A DNA stretch of 64,000 nucleotides. It comes from Corynebacterium sp. (GTDB taxonomy: Bacteria > Actinomycetota > Actinomycetes > Mycobacteriales > Mycobacteriaceae). The position numbers were made by a program, and so were the translations under genes. The DNA lies in contig JBHWRM010000109.1 of assembly GCA_043426695.1 (NCBI GenBank), positions 24,115 to 88,114 of the forward strand, written 5' to 3'. Shown piece after piece: positions 21,760 through 31,539 of the stretch (position 1 is its first letter; every line of letters begins with the position of its first letter). The notes below the pieces were generated by a model that searched no databases, was not told the DNA's origin, and saw only the letters and a program-made list of their open reading frames with translations.

Positions 21760-23140
21760 AGTTTTCCTCGGAATCGGACTTGGTGGAGGCCTGCGCGGTC
21801 TCCGCCCACTGCCGCCATTGATCGGCCTGCTCCTGCAGCGTAGCGGCGAGCTTATCCTTCGCAGCCTCCTTGGCCTCATTGGCCTGCTGCTGCAGATCCT
21901 TTGCCTTGGCGAAGAACTGGTCAACGCGGGCCTGTAGCTCTGGATCAGTCTGGCGCCACTTCTCTTCAACCGCGTCCGTGACGCGCTTCTCGATAGCCCC
22001 GATCTTGTCCTCGAATTCGCGGATTTTCGCCCGTGGCACGAAGCCGATCTCGTCCCACTTTTCCTGCAGCTCCCGCAGCAGGCGTTGGGCGTTGTCGAGG
22101 TGCGCCTTTGGATCGATCAAAGAGGAATATTCGTCGAGCAGCTGCTGCTTCTTGGTTGCATTCTCCTCGAACTCCTCGTCGCGGGCGTCCTGGTCGGCCT
22201 TGCGGGCGCTGAAGAACACCTCGCGGGCAGCGCGGAAGCGCTCCCATAGCTCGTCGTCGACATTGCGAGGGGCGTGCCCGGCGGCCTTCCACTTATCCAT
22301 CAGGTCGCGGTAGGCTGCCGACGTCTCCGCCCAGCGGGTGGAGTGCTGGAGTTCCTCCGCGGCGACGATCAGCTCCTCCTTCTTCCGGCGAGCCACCTCG
22401 CGCTGCTTATCGAGGTCTGCGAAGTGAGCCCCGCGGCGCTTATTGAACTGCTCGCGAGCCCGGGAGAACCGCTCCCACAACTCATCGTCGGTCTGCTGGT
22501 CAAGGCCACGGAAAGCTCGCCACTCGTCGACCATCGCGCGGAAACGGTCTCCCGTTGCCTTCCACTCGGTGGAGCTTTCACCCAGCTTCTCAGCCTCCGC
22601 GGCAAGCGTCCGCTTACCGCGGAGGGCCCGATCCTTGCGCTCTGCCTTGGCCTGCGCGACATCCTGCTGCGCCTTGTCACAGTCCCGCAGCAACGCCTCA
22701 AGCTTGGTCTGCAGGGCATTGAGATCACCCACGACCTCGGCATGATCCAAGCCGTCGAGCAGCTCGGTGGCCGAGGCCTTGATGGTCGCGGCCTGTTCCG
22801 GCTGGGCGCTCAGCCGCGTCTCGAGCGTGGCTACCTGTGTTGCGAGGTCATCAAATTTCGCCCCGAAGTGCTTGAGTCCCTCCTCGGGGGCGCCTGCCTG
22901 CCACTGACCGACTACTCGATCCTCGTGGCCTTCCCGGCGCAGCCACACCGCACCGTCGGCGTCGATTCGGCCGAAGTCGGCTGGCGTGGACTTGACTGGA
23001 TGCACTGCCACAGGAGCTTGCGTCTTCATCCCCGGGGTGGGCGTCACCTTTTTCGGCATGGCACCCGGGCCGGGGCGTGGACCCGGCTTCGGGCGCGCGG
23101 CCCCGGTGTGGGGCTGGGAACTCTGCTGCTTGTCGGTCAT
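21758..23140 (-). CDS. DUF349 domain protein
   Basis: FGRIDADG..VGQWQAG..F and repeated W..G....DELWERF helical units. Confidence 0.88.
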   Translation of the reverse strand: MTDKQQSSQPHTGAARPKPGPRPGPGAMPKKVTPTPGMKTQAPVAVHPVKSTPADFGRIDADGAVWLRREGHEDRVVGQWQAGAPEEGLKHFGAKFDDLATQVATLETRLSAQPEQAATIKASATELLDGLDHAEVVGDLNALQTKLEALLRDCDKAQQDVAQAKAERKDRALRGKRTLAAEAEKLGESSTEWKATGDRFRAMVDEWRAFRGLDQQTDDELWERFSRAREQFNKRRGAHFADLDKQREVARRKKEELIVAAEELQHSTRWAETSAAYRDLMDKWKAAGHAPRNVDDELWERFRAAREVFFSARKADQDARDEEFEENATKKQQLLDEYSSLIDPKAHLDNAQRLLRELQEKWDEIGFVPRAKIREFEDKIGAIEKRVTDAVEEKWRQTDPELQARVDQFFAKAKDLQQQANEAKEAAKDKLAATLQEQADQWRQWAETAQASTKSDSEEN

Positions 23141-23272
23141 GCTTTCTTCCTTTGCACGTCAGTCACCGGCTTCGCGAGCGAATACACTCGTTGCGGTCTC
23201 ATTATGGCAGATGCCCCGACCAAGACCGCGGCGAACTGAGGCTTTATGGCGCCCGGAGACTAAGATTTGGCG

Positions 23273-24274
23273 GTGATAGCCATGGATTATTCTCACTCAG
23301 ATTCTCTGTCGACCGCACCCGCCGGGATAACCCCTGTGGACCAGCTGCGTCCACTATTGATCGTGGGGCCCACCGGCGCCGGCAAATCCGATCTTTCCCT
23401 CGAAGTCGCGCGCAGACTGGATCAATCGGTGGAGATTATTAACGGCGATTCGATGCAGATGTACCGCGGCATGGATATCGGCACCGCGAAGTTATCCCGC
23501 TCTGAACGCGCCGAGTTTCCGCACCACCTCTTCGATTGTTTGGACGTCGACGACACAGCCAGCGTGGCTGCCTACCGCGCCATGGCGGGGGAGACGGTGG
23601 AACAGATCCAGGCCCGCGGCGCCCGTCCGATCATCGTCGGCGGCTCGATGATGTACCTGCAGGCGCTGGTTGATGACTGGCAGTTCCCGCCGACCGACCC
23701 GGCGGTGCGGGCGAAGTGGATGGCCGAACAGGATCACATCGGGGTGGAAGCGCTCCATCAGGTGTTGCGTTCCAAGGATCCTGATGCGGCAGACGTCATT
23801 GAGGAAAAGGACCCTCGGCGCATTGTCCGCGCCCTGGAGGTCATCGAGCTTACGGGCAAGCCCTTCGCTGCCTCGCAACCTCCGAAGAATGTCCCCACCC
23901 GGTGGGGGACGAGGATCTTCGGGCTCAAAGCCCCGGGGAGCTGGCTCAACCCCCGCTTGGAGGTCCGCGTCGATCGGATGTTTGCCGCTGGGCTCGTCGC
24001 GGAGGTCGAGGGCCTGGCTGCAGCTGGGCTGAGTCGGGAATCCACGGCCGGCAAAGCGATTGGCTACGCCCAGGTCTTAAGTGCGCTGGCGGGTGAGTGC
24101 AGCATGGAACAGGCACGGGAGGACACGGTCGTGGGAACCCGTCGCTATGCCCGCCGCCAGCGCAGCTGGTTCCGCCGTGACCCGCGTATTCACTGGTTAG
24201 ACGCCACCGTCGCCGACCCCGGCCTGCTCGCGGGCCAGGTCATCGACGAGCTGCGGGAAGCTACCCAGGGCTAG
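23273..24274 (+). CDS. miaA: tRNA dimethylallyltransferase
   Basis: [43 protein letters not shown]; start uncertain (23267, 23273 or 23282). Confidence 0.96.
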   Translation: MIAMDYSHSDSLSTAPAGITPVDQLRPLLIVGPTGAGKSDLSLEVARRLDQSVEIINGDSMQMYRGMDIGTAKLSRSERAEFPHHLFDCLDVDDTASVAAYRAMAGETVEQIQARGARPIIVGGSMMYLQALVDDWQFPPTDPAVRAKWMAEQDHIGVEALHQVLRSKDPDAADVIEEKDPRRIVRALEVIELTGKPFAASQPPKNVPTRWGTRIFGLKAPGSWLNPRLEVRVDRMFAAGLVAEVEGLAAAGLSRESTAGKAIGYAQVLSALAGECSMEQAREDTVVGTRRYARRQRSWFRRDPRIHWLDATVADPGLLAGQVIDELREATQG

Positions 24275-25104
24275 TGGCCGCCGCAGCCACAGTCCCCGCT
24301 GCCGCAGCCACCGGGGCTACAGGCACCAGGATCATTAATGCTGATGGCGAACTGGACGTCCCCGCTGATGACAGCGCCAGGTGCGGCGAACGGTGGGTGG
24401 GTGGCGTCCGTCGGAAGGTCGGGATGATCCGCTGCGACCGCGATGCAGAACTCGAACGGGTGGCGGCAAGTCAACGCCCAGAATTGTTGGCCGTTAAGCT
24501 CATTCGTCTTCAACTCCGCGTCGGACACTTCGACGGCGACCGTGGCCTGGGCGTGCGGGGAAGTAGAGCCGTTGTTGAGCTCGGATAGCCCCCGGGAGGT
24601 CACAGAGCCAACCTCGGTGCCACCGGATTCGGCGAAGGCGATAGCGTCCGGGAAGATGCGGACGTCTGTGGCCAACGCGGAGATCGAGAGCGGCTGATAC
24701 TCCAGCGGCTCCTGCTCAGCGATCATGGGGCCTTGCCCAACCGTCGCGGTGAACGAGGCGATCACTGGGGCGCTTGCCCCGCTGACCTGCAGCATCGGGC
24801 TATCAGCGACGATGTCCACGATCCCGATGAGGTCGTTGACCATCGTCACGTGACCCGTCGTGGACAACTGACCTGCCGGGTGCAGACCCACGAACGAGCC
24901 GTAGGGCGGGGCGGCGAGGATAGTCAGCGTCGCCCCGGAAGTGTCCGCGTATTGGAGGACCTGGCCGCCCGATACTTCGCCAATGACCGAGAGCTGGCCG
25001 GAGGCATAAGCAGCCTCGAGGGCATCCTGCCACTGGGGGTAGGCCAGTCCAACGCTGCTGAGCTCGGGAATCTCCTTGTGGGATGCAGTAGTCAAGGGAA
25101 CCAA
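24271..25104 (-). CDS. Conserved corynebacterial hypothetical protein with a Cys-rich C-terminal tail
   Basis: 277-aa ORF filling the miaA-hflX gap; ends [16 protein letters not shown]. Confidence 0.75.
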   Translation of the reverse strand: MVPLTTASHKEIPELSSVGLAYPQWQDALEAAYASGQLSVIGEVSGGQVLQYADTSGATLTILAAPPYGSFVGLHPAGQLSTTGHVTMVNDLIGIVDIVADSPMLQVSGASAPVIASFTATVGQGPMIAEQEPLEYQPLSISALATDVRIFPDAIAFAESGGTEVGSVTSRGLSELNNGSTSPHAQATVAVEVSDAELKTNELNGQQFWALTCRHPFEFCIAVAADHPDLPTDATHPPFAAPGAVISGDVQFAISINDPGACSPGGCGSGDCGCGGH

Positions 25105-25272
25105 CGCCTTAAAAATCGGGGAGTAGAAAGCGGATTTGATGCGCGCGCGACGGCCCGCACAACCGCCGGTGAAATGACCATGGGCGAGCGGGGACGCACA
25201 CGGAGATCATGCCTCGGCTGCGCACGCCAATTACTTTCTTTTATGCAGGTGACAGTGTAGAACTGGAAGGCA

Positions 25273-26793
25273 ATGGCTTCAAATTCAGATAATGTTGTCG
25301 ATCTTTTTTCAGACCCGTCGGAGGGCGAGGATTTCGGCCTCGAATCCCAACAAAGTCCGACGATTGGTGAGCTCGATCTGGAGGCACGTTCCAGCCTGCG
25401 GCGGCTGACCAGAGGGGTCAGCAGTTACACGGATGATCAATCCGAGATCACTGAGGTTGAGTACCGCCAGCTGCGCCTGGAGAAGGTCATCCTCGTGGGG
25501 GTGTGGACTGAGGGAACGATCGCGCAGATCGAAGCGAGCCTCGAGGAGCTGGTAGCCCTCGCCGAGACCGCCGGCTCCGAGGTCCTCGAAACGGTCTACC
25601 AGAAACGCGACAAGCCAGACCCTGGCACTTATATTGGCCGCGGCAAGGTCAGTGAACTCGCGGATATCATTCAATCCACCGGAGCGGATACCGTGATCTG
25701 CGATGGCGAGCTGAGCCCCGGACAGATGATCGCCCTGGAGAACGCGCTGAACGCGAAGGTCATCGACCGCACGATGCTGATTCTCGATATCTTCGCGCAG
25801 CACGCGAAGTCCCGCGAGGGTAAGGCGCAGGTTTCCCTGGCCCAGATGGAATACCTCATCAACCGGGTGCGTGGCTGGGGTACCTCGCTGTCGCGACAGA
25901 CCGGTGGTCGGGCTGGATCCAACGGTGGTGTGGGTCTGCGTGGTCCGGGTGAGACGAAGATCGAGGCTGACCGCCGCCGCCTGCGCGCCGACATGGCCCG
26001 TCTCCGCAAGGAAATCGCGGCGATGAAGACCTCCCGTGACACTAAGCGCCAGCGCCGCGACGCCTCCGCGGTGCCTCAGGTCGCTATCGCCGGGTACACC
26101 AACGCCGGAAAATCCTCGCTCATCAATGCCCTCACGGGTGCGGGTGTTCTGGTGGAGGACGCGCTATTCGCCACCCTGGACCCCACCACCCGTAAGGCGG
26201 AACTCGCCGATGGGCGCAGCGTGATTTTCAGCGACACGGTGGGCTTCGTCCGCCACCTGCCGACGCAGCTGGTCGAGGCCTTCCGCTCCACGCTGGAGGA
26301 GGTCATGGCCGCGGACGTCGTTCTGCACGTCGTCGACGGCTCCGACCCTTTCCCACTCGAGCAGATCCGTTCAGTGAACACGGTGATCAGCGAGATCGTC
26401 ACCGAAACTGGTCAGGAAGCCCCACCGGAGATCATGGTGGTCAACAAGATCGACAAAGCGGATCCCCTGGTCCTTGCCGAGCTGCGCCACAAGCTCAACG
26501 ACGTGGTGTTCGTTTCCGCACACACCGGGGAGGGCATCGACGAGCTGGAGACCAGGCTCGAGCTCTTCCTGAACTCACTCGACGAGACGGGGGTGTTCGC
26601 GGTCCCGTTCGACCGTGGCGACGTCGTCTCCCGCATCCACGACCTCGGTACCGTCACCCAAGAGGAATACGATGCCACCGGCACCGTCCTCACCGCCCGC
26701 GTCCCGAAGAAGCTCGCTCGGGAGCTGGACGCCTTCCGAGTGGCGGACGGAGAGCGTGACGATCTGGACGTCGACGGCGCCGCGACCAGCTAA
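25273..26793 (+). CDS. hflX: Ribosome-splitting GTPase HflX
   Basis: GPGETKIE, GYTNAGKSS, LFATLDPT, DTVGF and NKID motifs. Confidence 0.97.
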   Translation: MASNSDNVVDLFSDPSEGEDFGLESQQSPTIGELDLEARSSLRRLTRGVSSYTDDQSEITEVEYRQLRLEKVILVGVWTEGTIAQIEASLEELVALAETAGSEVLETVYQKRDKPDPGTYIGRGKVSELADIIQSTGADTVICDGELSPGQMIALENALNAKVIDRTMLILDIFAQHAKSREGKAQVSLAQMEYLINRVRGWGTSLSRQTGGRAGSNGGVGLRGPGETKIEADRRRLRADMARLRKEIAAMKTSRDTKRQRRDASAVPQVAIAGYTNAGKSSLINALTGAGVLVEDALFATLDPTTRKAELADGRSVIFSDTVGFVRHLPTQLVEAFRSTLEEVMAADVVLHVVDGSDPFPLEQIRSVNTVISEIVTETGQEAPPEIMVVNKIDKADPLVLAELRHKLNDVVFVSAHTGEGIDELETRLELFLNSLDETGVFAVPFDRGDVVSRIHDLGTVTQEEYDATGTVLTARVPKKLARELDAFRVADGERDDLDVDGAATS

Positions 26794-26856
26794 TCCACCA
26801 GCCGCGTGCGTTGCGCGGAGCTGACGCATAGAACCCTCCTTAGCTGCAGTAGTGTT

Positions 26857-28236
26857 ATGGCCGTGACTAAGGACAATGGGGCGCACAGCGCGCAGAACAA
26901 CGCAGTAGGCAGTCCGGAGCCAAGCAGGCAGGGGCCCGGAGAAAAACCGGAGCACTGCGGCTCATTTTTTGGGTGGGACTTGCATGGTAATGGCCGCGAC
27001 ATCGAGCCGGGCGGTGTCGTCAAGCCTGAGGAACGTCTCTCGTGGCCGCGCACCATCGGCGTGGGTATGCAGCACGTCATCGCGATGTTCGGTGCGACCC
27101 TCCTGGTGCCAACGATCACGGGTTTCCCGGTGAACACCACCCTGCTGTTCTCCGGACTCGGGACGATCCTTTTCCTGCTGGTGACCCGCAACCGACTGCC
27201 GTCCTATCTCGGTTCCTCCTTCGCCTTCCTGGCCCCGCTGGCGGCGACACAGGCCGAAGGCTTCGCGGCACAGCTCGGCGGAATTGTGGCCACCGGTGTG
27301 CTGCTGTTTGTGGTCGGTCTCGTGGTCCAGCTTGCCGGTCGTCAGGTGCTGGATGCTGTGATGCCGCCGGCCGTGACGGGGGCAATCGTGGCCCTGATTG
27401 GGTTGAACCTAGCGCCCACCTCGACGGGCAATGTGCAGGAGCAGCCACTGATCGCCGGTGTGACTCTCCTGGGGATTCTCCTGTTCACGGTGATGGGTCG
27501 CGGGATGGTGGCCCGACTCGGAATCCTCTTGGGTGTGCTGACGGGTTGGAGTTTTGCCTTCCTTTCGGGCGGTGTTTCGGAGGAGGCGCGCCAGCATGTT
27601 GGTGAGGCCGCGTGGATCGGCTTCCCTCACTTCGAAACCCCCGAATTTACGGTGACCGCCGTGACTATCACGCTGCCGGTGGTGGTCGTCCTCATTGCTG
27701 AGAACGTTGGCCACGTGAAGGCGGTGTCGACGATGACGAACCGTAACCTCGACGACCTTGCGGGCAAGGCACTGATGGCTGACGGCATGTCGACCGTGCT
27801 CGCTGGATCCGGCGGTGGCTCTGGTACCACGACCTATGCGGAAAACATCGGCGTGATGGCGGCGACAAAGGTGTACTCCTCGGCCGCGTACTGGGTGGCT
27901 GCCGCAACGGCGATCGTGCTGGCCTTCATCCCGAAGTTTGGCGCCGCGATCCTCACGATCCCGGTGGGTGTGTTGGGCGGTGCAACGCTCGTGCTCTATG
28001 GCATGATCGGTCTGCTCGGGGTGCGCATTTGGATGGATAACGAGGTCTCGTTGACGGACCCGGTGAACCTCACCGCGGCTGCGGTGGCGATGATCGTCGG
28101 CATCGGCAACCTGACTCTCAACGTGGGGTCCATCCCGATGGAGGGCATTGCCTGGGGCTCGGTGGGCATCATCCTGGGCTACCCGGTGCTGCGCTACCTC
28201 CACGACAATTTTGGCGAGGGGCGCTTCATCTCCTAG
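26857..28236 (+). CDS. uraA: NCS2-family uracil/xanthine permease
   Basis: GMQHVIAMFGAT, YLGSSFAF and TTYAENIGV signatures; start at ATG 26857 or GTG 26863. Confidence 0.9.
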   Translation: MAVTKDNGAHSAQNNAVGSPEPSRQGPGEKPEHCGSFFGWDLHGNGRDIEPGGVVKPEERLSWPRTIGVGMQHVIAMFGATLLVPTITGFPVNTTLLFSGLGTILFLLVTRNRLPSYLGSSFAFLAPLAATQAEGFAAQLGGIVATGVLLFVVGLVVQLAGRQVLDAVMPPAVTGAIVALIGLNLAPTSTGNVQEQPLIAGVTLLGILLFTVMGRGMVARLGILLGVLTGWSFAFLSGGVSEEARQHVGEAAWIGFPHFETPEFTVTAVTITLPVVVVLIAENVGHVKAVSTMTNRNLDDLAGKALMADGMSTVLAGSGGGSGTTTYAENIGVMAATKVYSSAAYWVAAATAIVLAFIPKFGAAILTIPVGVLGGATLVLYGMIGLLGVRIWMDNEVSLTDPVNLTAAAVAMIVGIGNLTLNVGSIPMEGIAWGSVGIILGYPVLRYLHDNFGEGRFIS

Positions 28237-28367
28237 CGCTATTTCCAGTGAAGGGGGCGGGGCCCAGCATCGGGGTGGGGGTAGCCACCAACGGGGAGAA
28301 TCAGGGCTTGAGCGCAGCGAGGGGCAGCGGGGGATGCCGGCTCGGTGGGGGCTTGGCAGCCACCTTG

Positions 28368-29168
28368 CTAGCCCTGCTGGTCGACGACCACCGTGTGAAT
28401 GCCAGTGTCGTTGAGCTGGGCGATGAAGCCCTCGGGGGCGGAGCTATCGGTGATCACCACATCGATTTTCTCCGGCTCGGCAAAGCTCACGATGTAATCC
28501 AGCCCAAATTTCGTCGAATCGCAGAGGGTCACCACTTTGTCAGAGTAGGCAATCATCGCGCGCTTAATGGCAGCCTCGGCCGCGTCGTGAGTCGACAGCC
28601 CGTGGGTGAGGGTAAAAGCATCGGTGCCGATGAATGCCACATCCGCGTGCAGCAGCGCCAATGTCTGTAGTGCAACATCCCCTACCACCGCCTGAGATTG
28701 GGCACGGATCTTGCCACCCAGCAGCTGGACCTTAATGCGGGGGTCGGTAGAAAGCAGCAGCGCATTGTGTGGCGAGTTCGTCACGACGGACAGGGAGTAG
28801 TTCTTGTCGATGCTCTCAGCGTGTTCGACGATTGCCTCCGCAATCATTGCGGTTGTGGTTCCCGAGTCCAGGAAGATGGTTCCGCCGTCGAGGGGCACGA
28901 ACTGTACTGCAGCTCTGCCGATCGCCTGTTTGGCGAGCGCGGCGGAGTGTTTCCGAGTCTCCAGGGGAACATAATCGGTCTGGAATTGGCGAGCCGGGAC
29001 GGCCCCGCCGTGGACCCGGTAGAGCTTGCCCTCGGCCGTGAGCTGGGCCAAGTCTCGTCGGATGGTTTCGGCCGTGACCCCAAACTGGGTCGCGAGCTCG
29101 GTGACGGTGACCTTGCCCTGCACGGCGGCAAGCGAGGTGATTTGTCGACGACGCTGAGCTGAAAGCAC
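28368..29168 (-). CDS. sugR: DeoR-family regulator (SugR/FruR-like)
   Basis: VTAETIRRDL..RVHGGA helix-turn-helix, FLDSGTT, VVTNS, DSTKFG; downstream of lexA like C. glutamicum sugR. Confidence 0.8.
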   Translation of the reverse strand: MLSAQRRRQITSLAAVQGKVTVTELATQFGVTAETIRRDLAQLTAEGKLYRVHGGAVPARQFQTDYVPLETRKHSAALAKQAIGRAAVQFVPLDGGTIFLDSGTTTAMIAEAIVEHAESIDKNYSLSVVTNSPHNALLLSTDPRIKVQLLGGKIRAQSQAVVGDVALQTLALLHADVAFIGTDAFTLTHGLSTHDAAEAAIKRAMIAYSDKVVTLCDSTKFGLDYIVSFAEPEKIDVVITDSSAPEGFIAQLNDTGIHTVVVDQQG

Positions 29169-29200
29169 GCTTAGTTACCCACTTAATCCAAAAACTTGGG

Positions 29201-29950
29201 TTAGATCTTGCGCAGGACGGCGGAAACCTTGCCGAGGATCTGCGCTTCGTTGCCGGCGATTGGTTCGAAGAGGTCATTGTGGGGGAGCAGCCACACGCCG
29301 TCCTCATCATGGTGCAGTTCCTTGACCGTGGCCTCCCCGTCGATCATGGCGGCAACGAAGTCGCCCTGATCTGCAGTCGGCTGCGAACGGACCACGACCC
29401 AGTCGGAGTCGTAAATGCCTGCATCGCGCATGGACTCGCCCACGACCTGGAGGAGGAAGAGCTCGTCGGAGGTGCCAACCAGCTCGGCAGGGAGCGGGAA
29501 CTGTGCTTCGATGTTTTGCTCCGCCAGGATCGGATTGCCGGCGGCGATTTGGCCGACGACGGGCACGTACGTGGCCGCGGGTCGGTCGTCGGAGACAGGG
29601 GCCGGGGCGGGCTTGGGGTGCTTCCGTGGCACAGGAGCCACGAGGCCAGGGTTGGTGTGATCCTCGTATCCTCGAACGTCAAAAGCGCGAGGCTTGTTGT
29701 CCTCGCGGCGCAGAAAACCCTTCTCCTCGAGCTGCTTGAGCTGATAAGACACCGAGGACGTGGACTGGAGACCAACGGCATCTGCGATTTCGCGAATGCT
29801 TGGTGGATAGCCGCGAAGAACCGTGGAGTCCTTGATGACTTCCAGGATCCGGCGCTGGCGTGAGCTCAGATTGCCCTTTGTCTTCGCATCTGCAGCGCTC
29901 TTTTTGGGACGGCCTGGGCGCCGACGGGGGGACTCGGGGGAAGTCGTCAC
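29201..29950 (-). CDS. lexA: SOS repressor LexA
   Basis: [13 protein letters not shown] cleavage site, GESM catalytic Ser, ATVK catalytic Lys; SD AAGGAG. Confidence 0.97.
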   Translation of the reverse strand: MTTSPESPRRRPGRPKKSAADAKTKGNLSSRQRRILEVIKDSTVLRGYPPSIREIADAVGLQSTSSVSYQLKQLEEKGFLRREDNKPRAFDVRGYEDHTNPGLVAPVPRKHPKPAPAPVSDDRPAATYVPVVGQIAAGNPILAEQNIEAQFPLPAELVGTSDELFLLQVVGESMRDAGIYDSDWVVVRSQPTADQGDFVAAMIDGEATVKELHHDEDGVWLLPHNDLFEPIAGNEAQILGKVSAVLRKI

Positions 29951-30107
29951 GGTGAACTCTCCTTGCGGCCCGGGCGGCAGTCAGCTGCGCATGCTGCCCG
30001 GCGTGTGATCGAAAAATATGCTCCCGCGCTCGATGTGGTCTCGACCGCGTTTGTCCCCACTGTATCACCTGCATGTTCGATATTTGCGATAAAACACTCG
30101 ACATCTT

Positions 30108-30159
30108 TCGAACGTGCGTGCTATATTTTTCAGCGTAGGCACCTAGAACACCCGTTCGA
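30108..30159 (+). promoter_or_regulatory. SOS boxes and promoter of divS in the lexA/divS intergenic region
   Basis: TAGAACACCCGTTCGA (30144-30159) and the weaker TCGAACGTGCGTGCTA (30108-30123) flank an extended -10 TG-C-TATATT (30122-30127). Confidence 0.8.
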
Positions 30160-30287
30160 TAGCTGTGGGTCGGCGTAGGGGCTATGTCCCCAGCGGATGG
30201 TTCACTCCAATCCTGCGCCTGGTTACCTGTGATGATTCGTGGTGATCAGCGCTGATGATCGGAATTCGAACGAGGAAGGAATTCATT

Positions 30288-30737
30288 ATGACTCTCGTTA
30301 AGAGCGTTTCCCACGTCCCGGCGGCTGAATCGCGTGCTGGTCGACGGATCCCTCGTGCATCTGAGCGGGTCTTGTTCGATGGTTCTCAGGCGCTGTCCGG
30401 GCGCATGTCCCGACTGGGCGCAGGGAATGTACGTTCGAATACCTCTGGGGAGGGGAGGGCCTTCACGCCGAACCTCGTGCAGCAGCGCCGCTTTGCTCAC
30501 CCAGTTGCAAGTGCTCGCGCTGACCGGCTCGCTACGGCACAGCCTTCCGTGCTTCGCCGTGGAGCGGACATCGCGAGCCGGGTGGCCACTTCTCGCGGCG
30601 GAGTCCTGTTGAGCGGGATTGCCCTGGTGCTCGGCCTTGGACTGTCCCCGTTGGTGATGGGCCAAGATGGCGAAGCACAGACTCCTGCCACCACCGCGGC
30701 CGCGTCTGAGATTGAGGCAGTCCGGGTGGAGGACTAG
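30288..30737 (+). CDS. divS: Probable SOS cell-division suppressor (DivS/ChiZ positional homolog)
   Basis: Divergent from lexA and upstream of nrdR; SOS boxes; single C-proximal TM helix; SD AGGAAGG. Confidence 0.65.
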   Translation: MTLVKSVSHVPAAESRAGRRIPRASERVLFDGSQALSGRMSRLGAGNVRSNTSGEGRAFTPNLVQQRRFAHPVASARADRLATAQPSVLRRGADIASRVATSRGGVLLSGIALVLGLGLSPLVMGQDGEAQTPATTAAASEIEAVRVED

Positions 30738-31011
30738 CCGCCCTCCGCTTGGCTGAACGCTCTAACGCCGCTGGAGCCCGCAGCACCGCTGGGATGACGT
30801 CGGTGGGATGACACAGCGCCGTGGCGGCCGAGTCAGGGGAAAGTGAGCCAGCGTCGACCGGGGCGGCGCGAATTGCGCGGCGTATTCGTGAGGGGGACGG
30901 GAGTTCGTTGCGATGGGGTCCGTATAGCTTTTATCGGTGCAGGTGGGAGAACAGGGGACCTTCGGAATCACGCCGTGGCGCTTTTATCCGCGCTGGGCAT
31001 AAACTAGTGGC

Positions 31012-31485
31012 GTGCTGTGCCCAAGTTGTCGCTGTGAAGATTCTCGTGTTGTTGACTCCCGAGTGGTTGATGGCGGAATCGCTATCCGCCGCCGCCGGGA
31101 GTGCCTGCAATGCCTTACCCGGTTCACCACCATGGAGCGCTCCGTCCTTCTCGTGACGAAGCGCAACGGGGTGACGGAGGAGTTCAGCCGCGAGAAGGTC
31201 ATCAAGGGCGTGAGGCAGGCCTGTCAGGGACGTGATGTGTCAGACGATGACCTCAAGCTGCTCGCCCACGAGGTTGAGCAGAGCGTCCGGGCGGACTACG
31301 GATCCCAGGTCAACGCCCACGATATTGGCCTGGCGATCCTGCCTCCGCTTCGCCGACTAGACGAAGTCGCCTATCTGCGCTTCGCATCCGTGTATAAATC
31401 CTTCAGCTCTTCTGAGGACTTCGAGGCAGAGATTGCATTGCTGCGCAGGCAGCACCAGGGCAACGCTACGAGCCCGGGTAACTAA
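31012..31485 (+). CDS. nrdR: Transcriptional repressor NrdR
   Basis: CPSC..SRVVDSR..IRRRREC..C..RFTT zinc ribbon, ATP cone, [10 protein letters not shown]. Confidence 0.97.
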   Translation: MLCPSCRCEDSRVVDSRVVDGGIAIRRRRECLQCLTRFTTMERSVLLVTKRNGVTEEFSREKVIKGVRQACQGRDVSDDDLKLLAHEVEQSVRADYGSQVNAHDIGLAILPPLRRLDEVAYLRFASVYKSFSSSEDFEAEIALLRRQHQGNATSPGN

Positions 31486-31539
31486 AACCCCGCTCGTAGC
31501 GTTGTCCCCTGCGCTCGCGCCGCCCGCCCCAGCATTGGG

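Noticed and set aside
30738..31011. 274-bp divS-nrdR gap with a TGGGATGAC direct repeat: possible NrdR box, LysM remnant or sRNA
   Set aside because: No NrdR box or LysM-like translation is recognisable, and the repeat is too short to support a call
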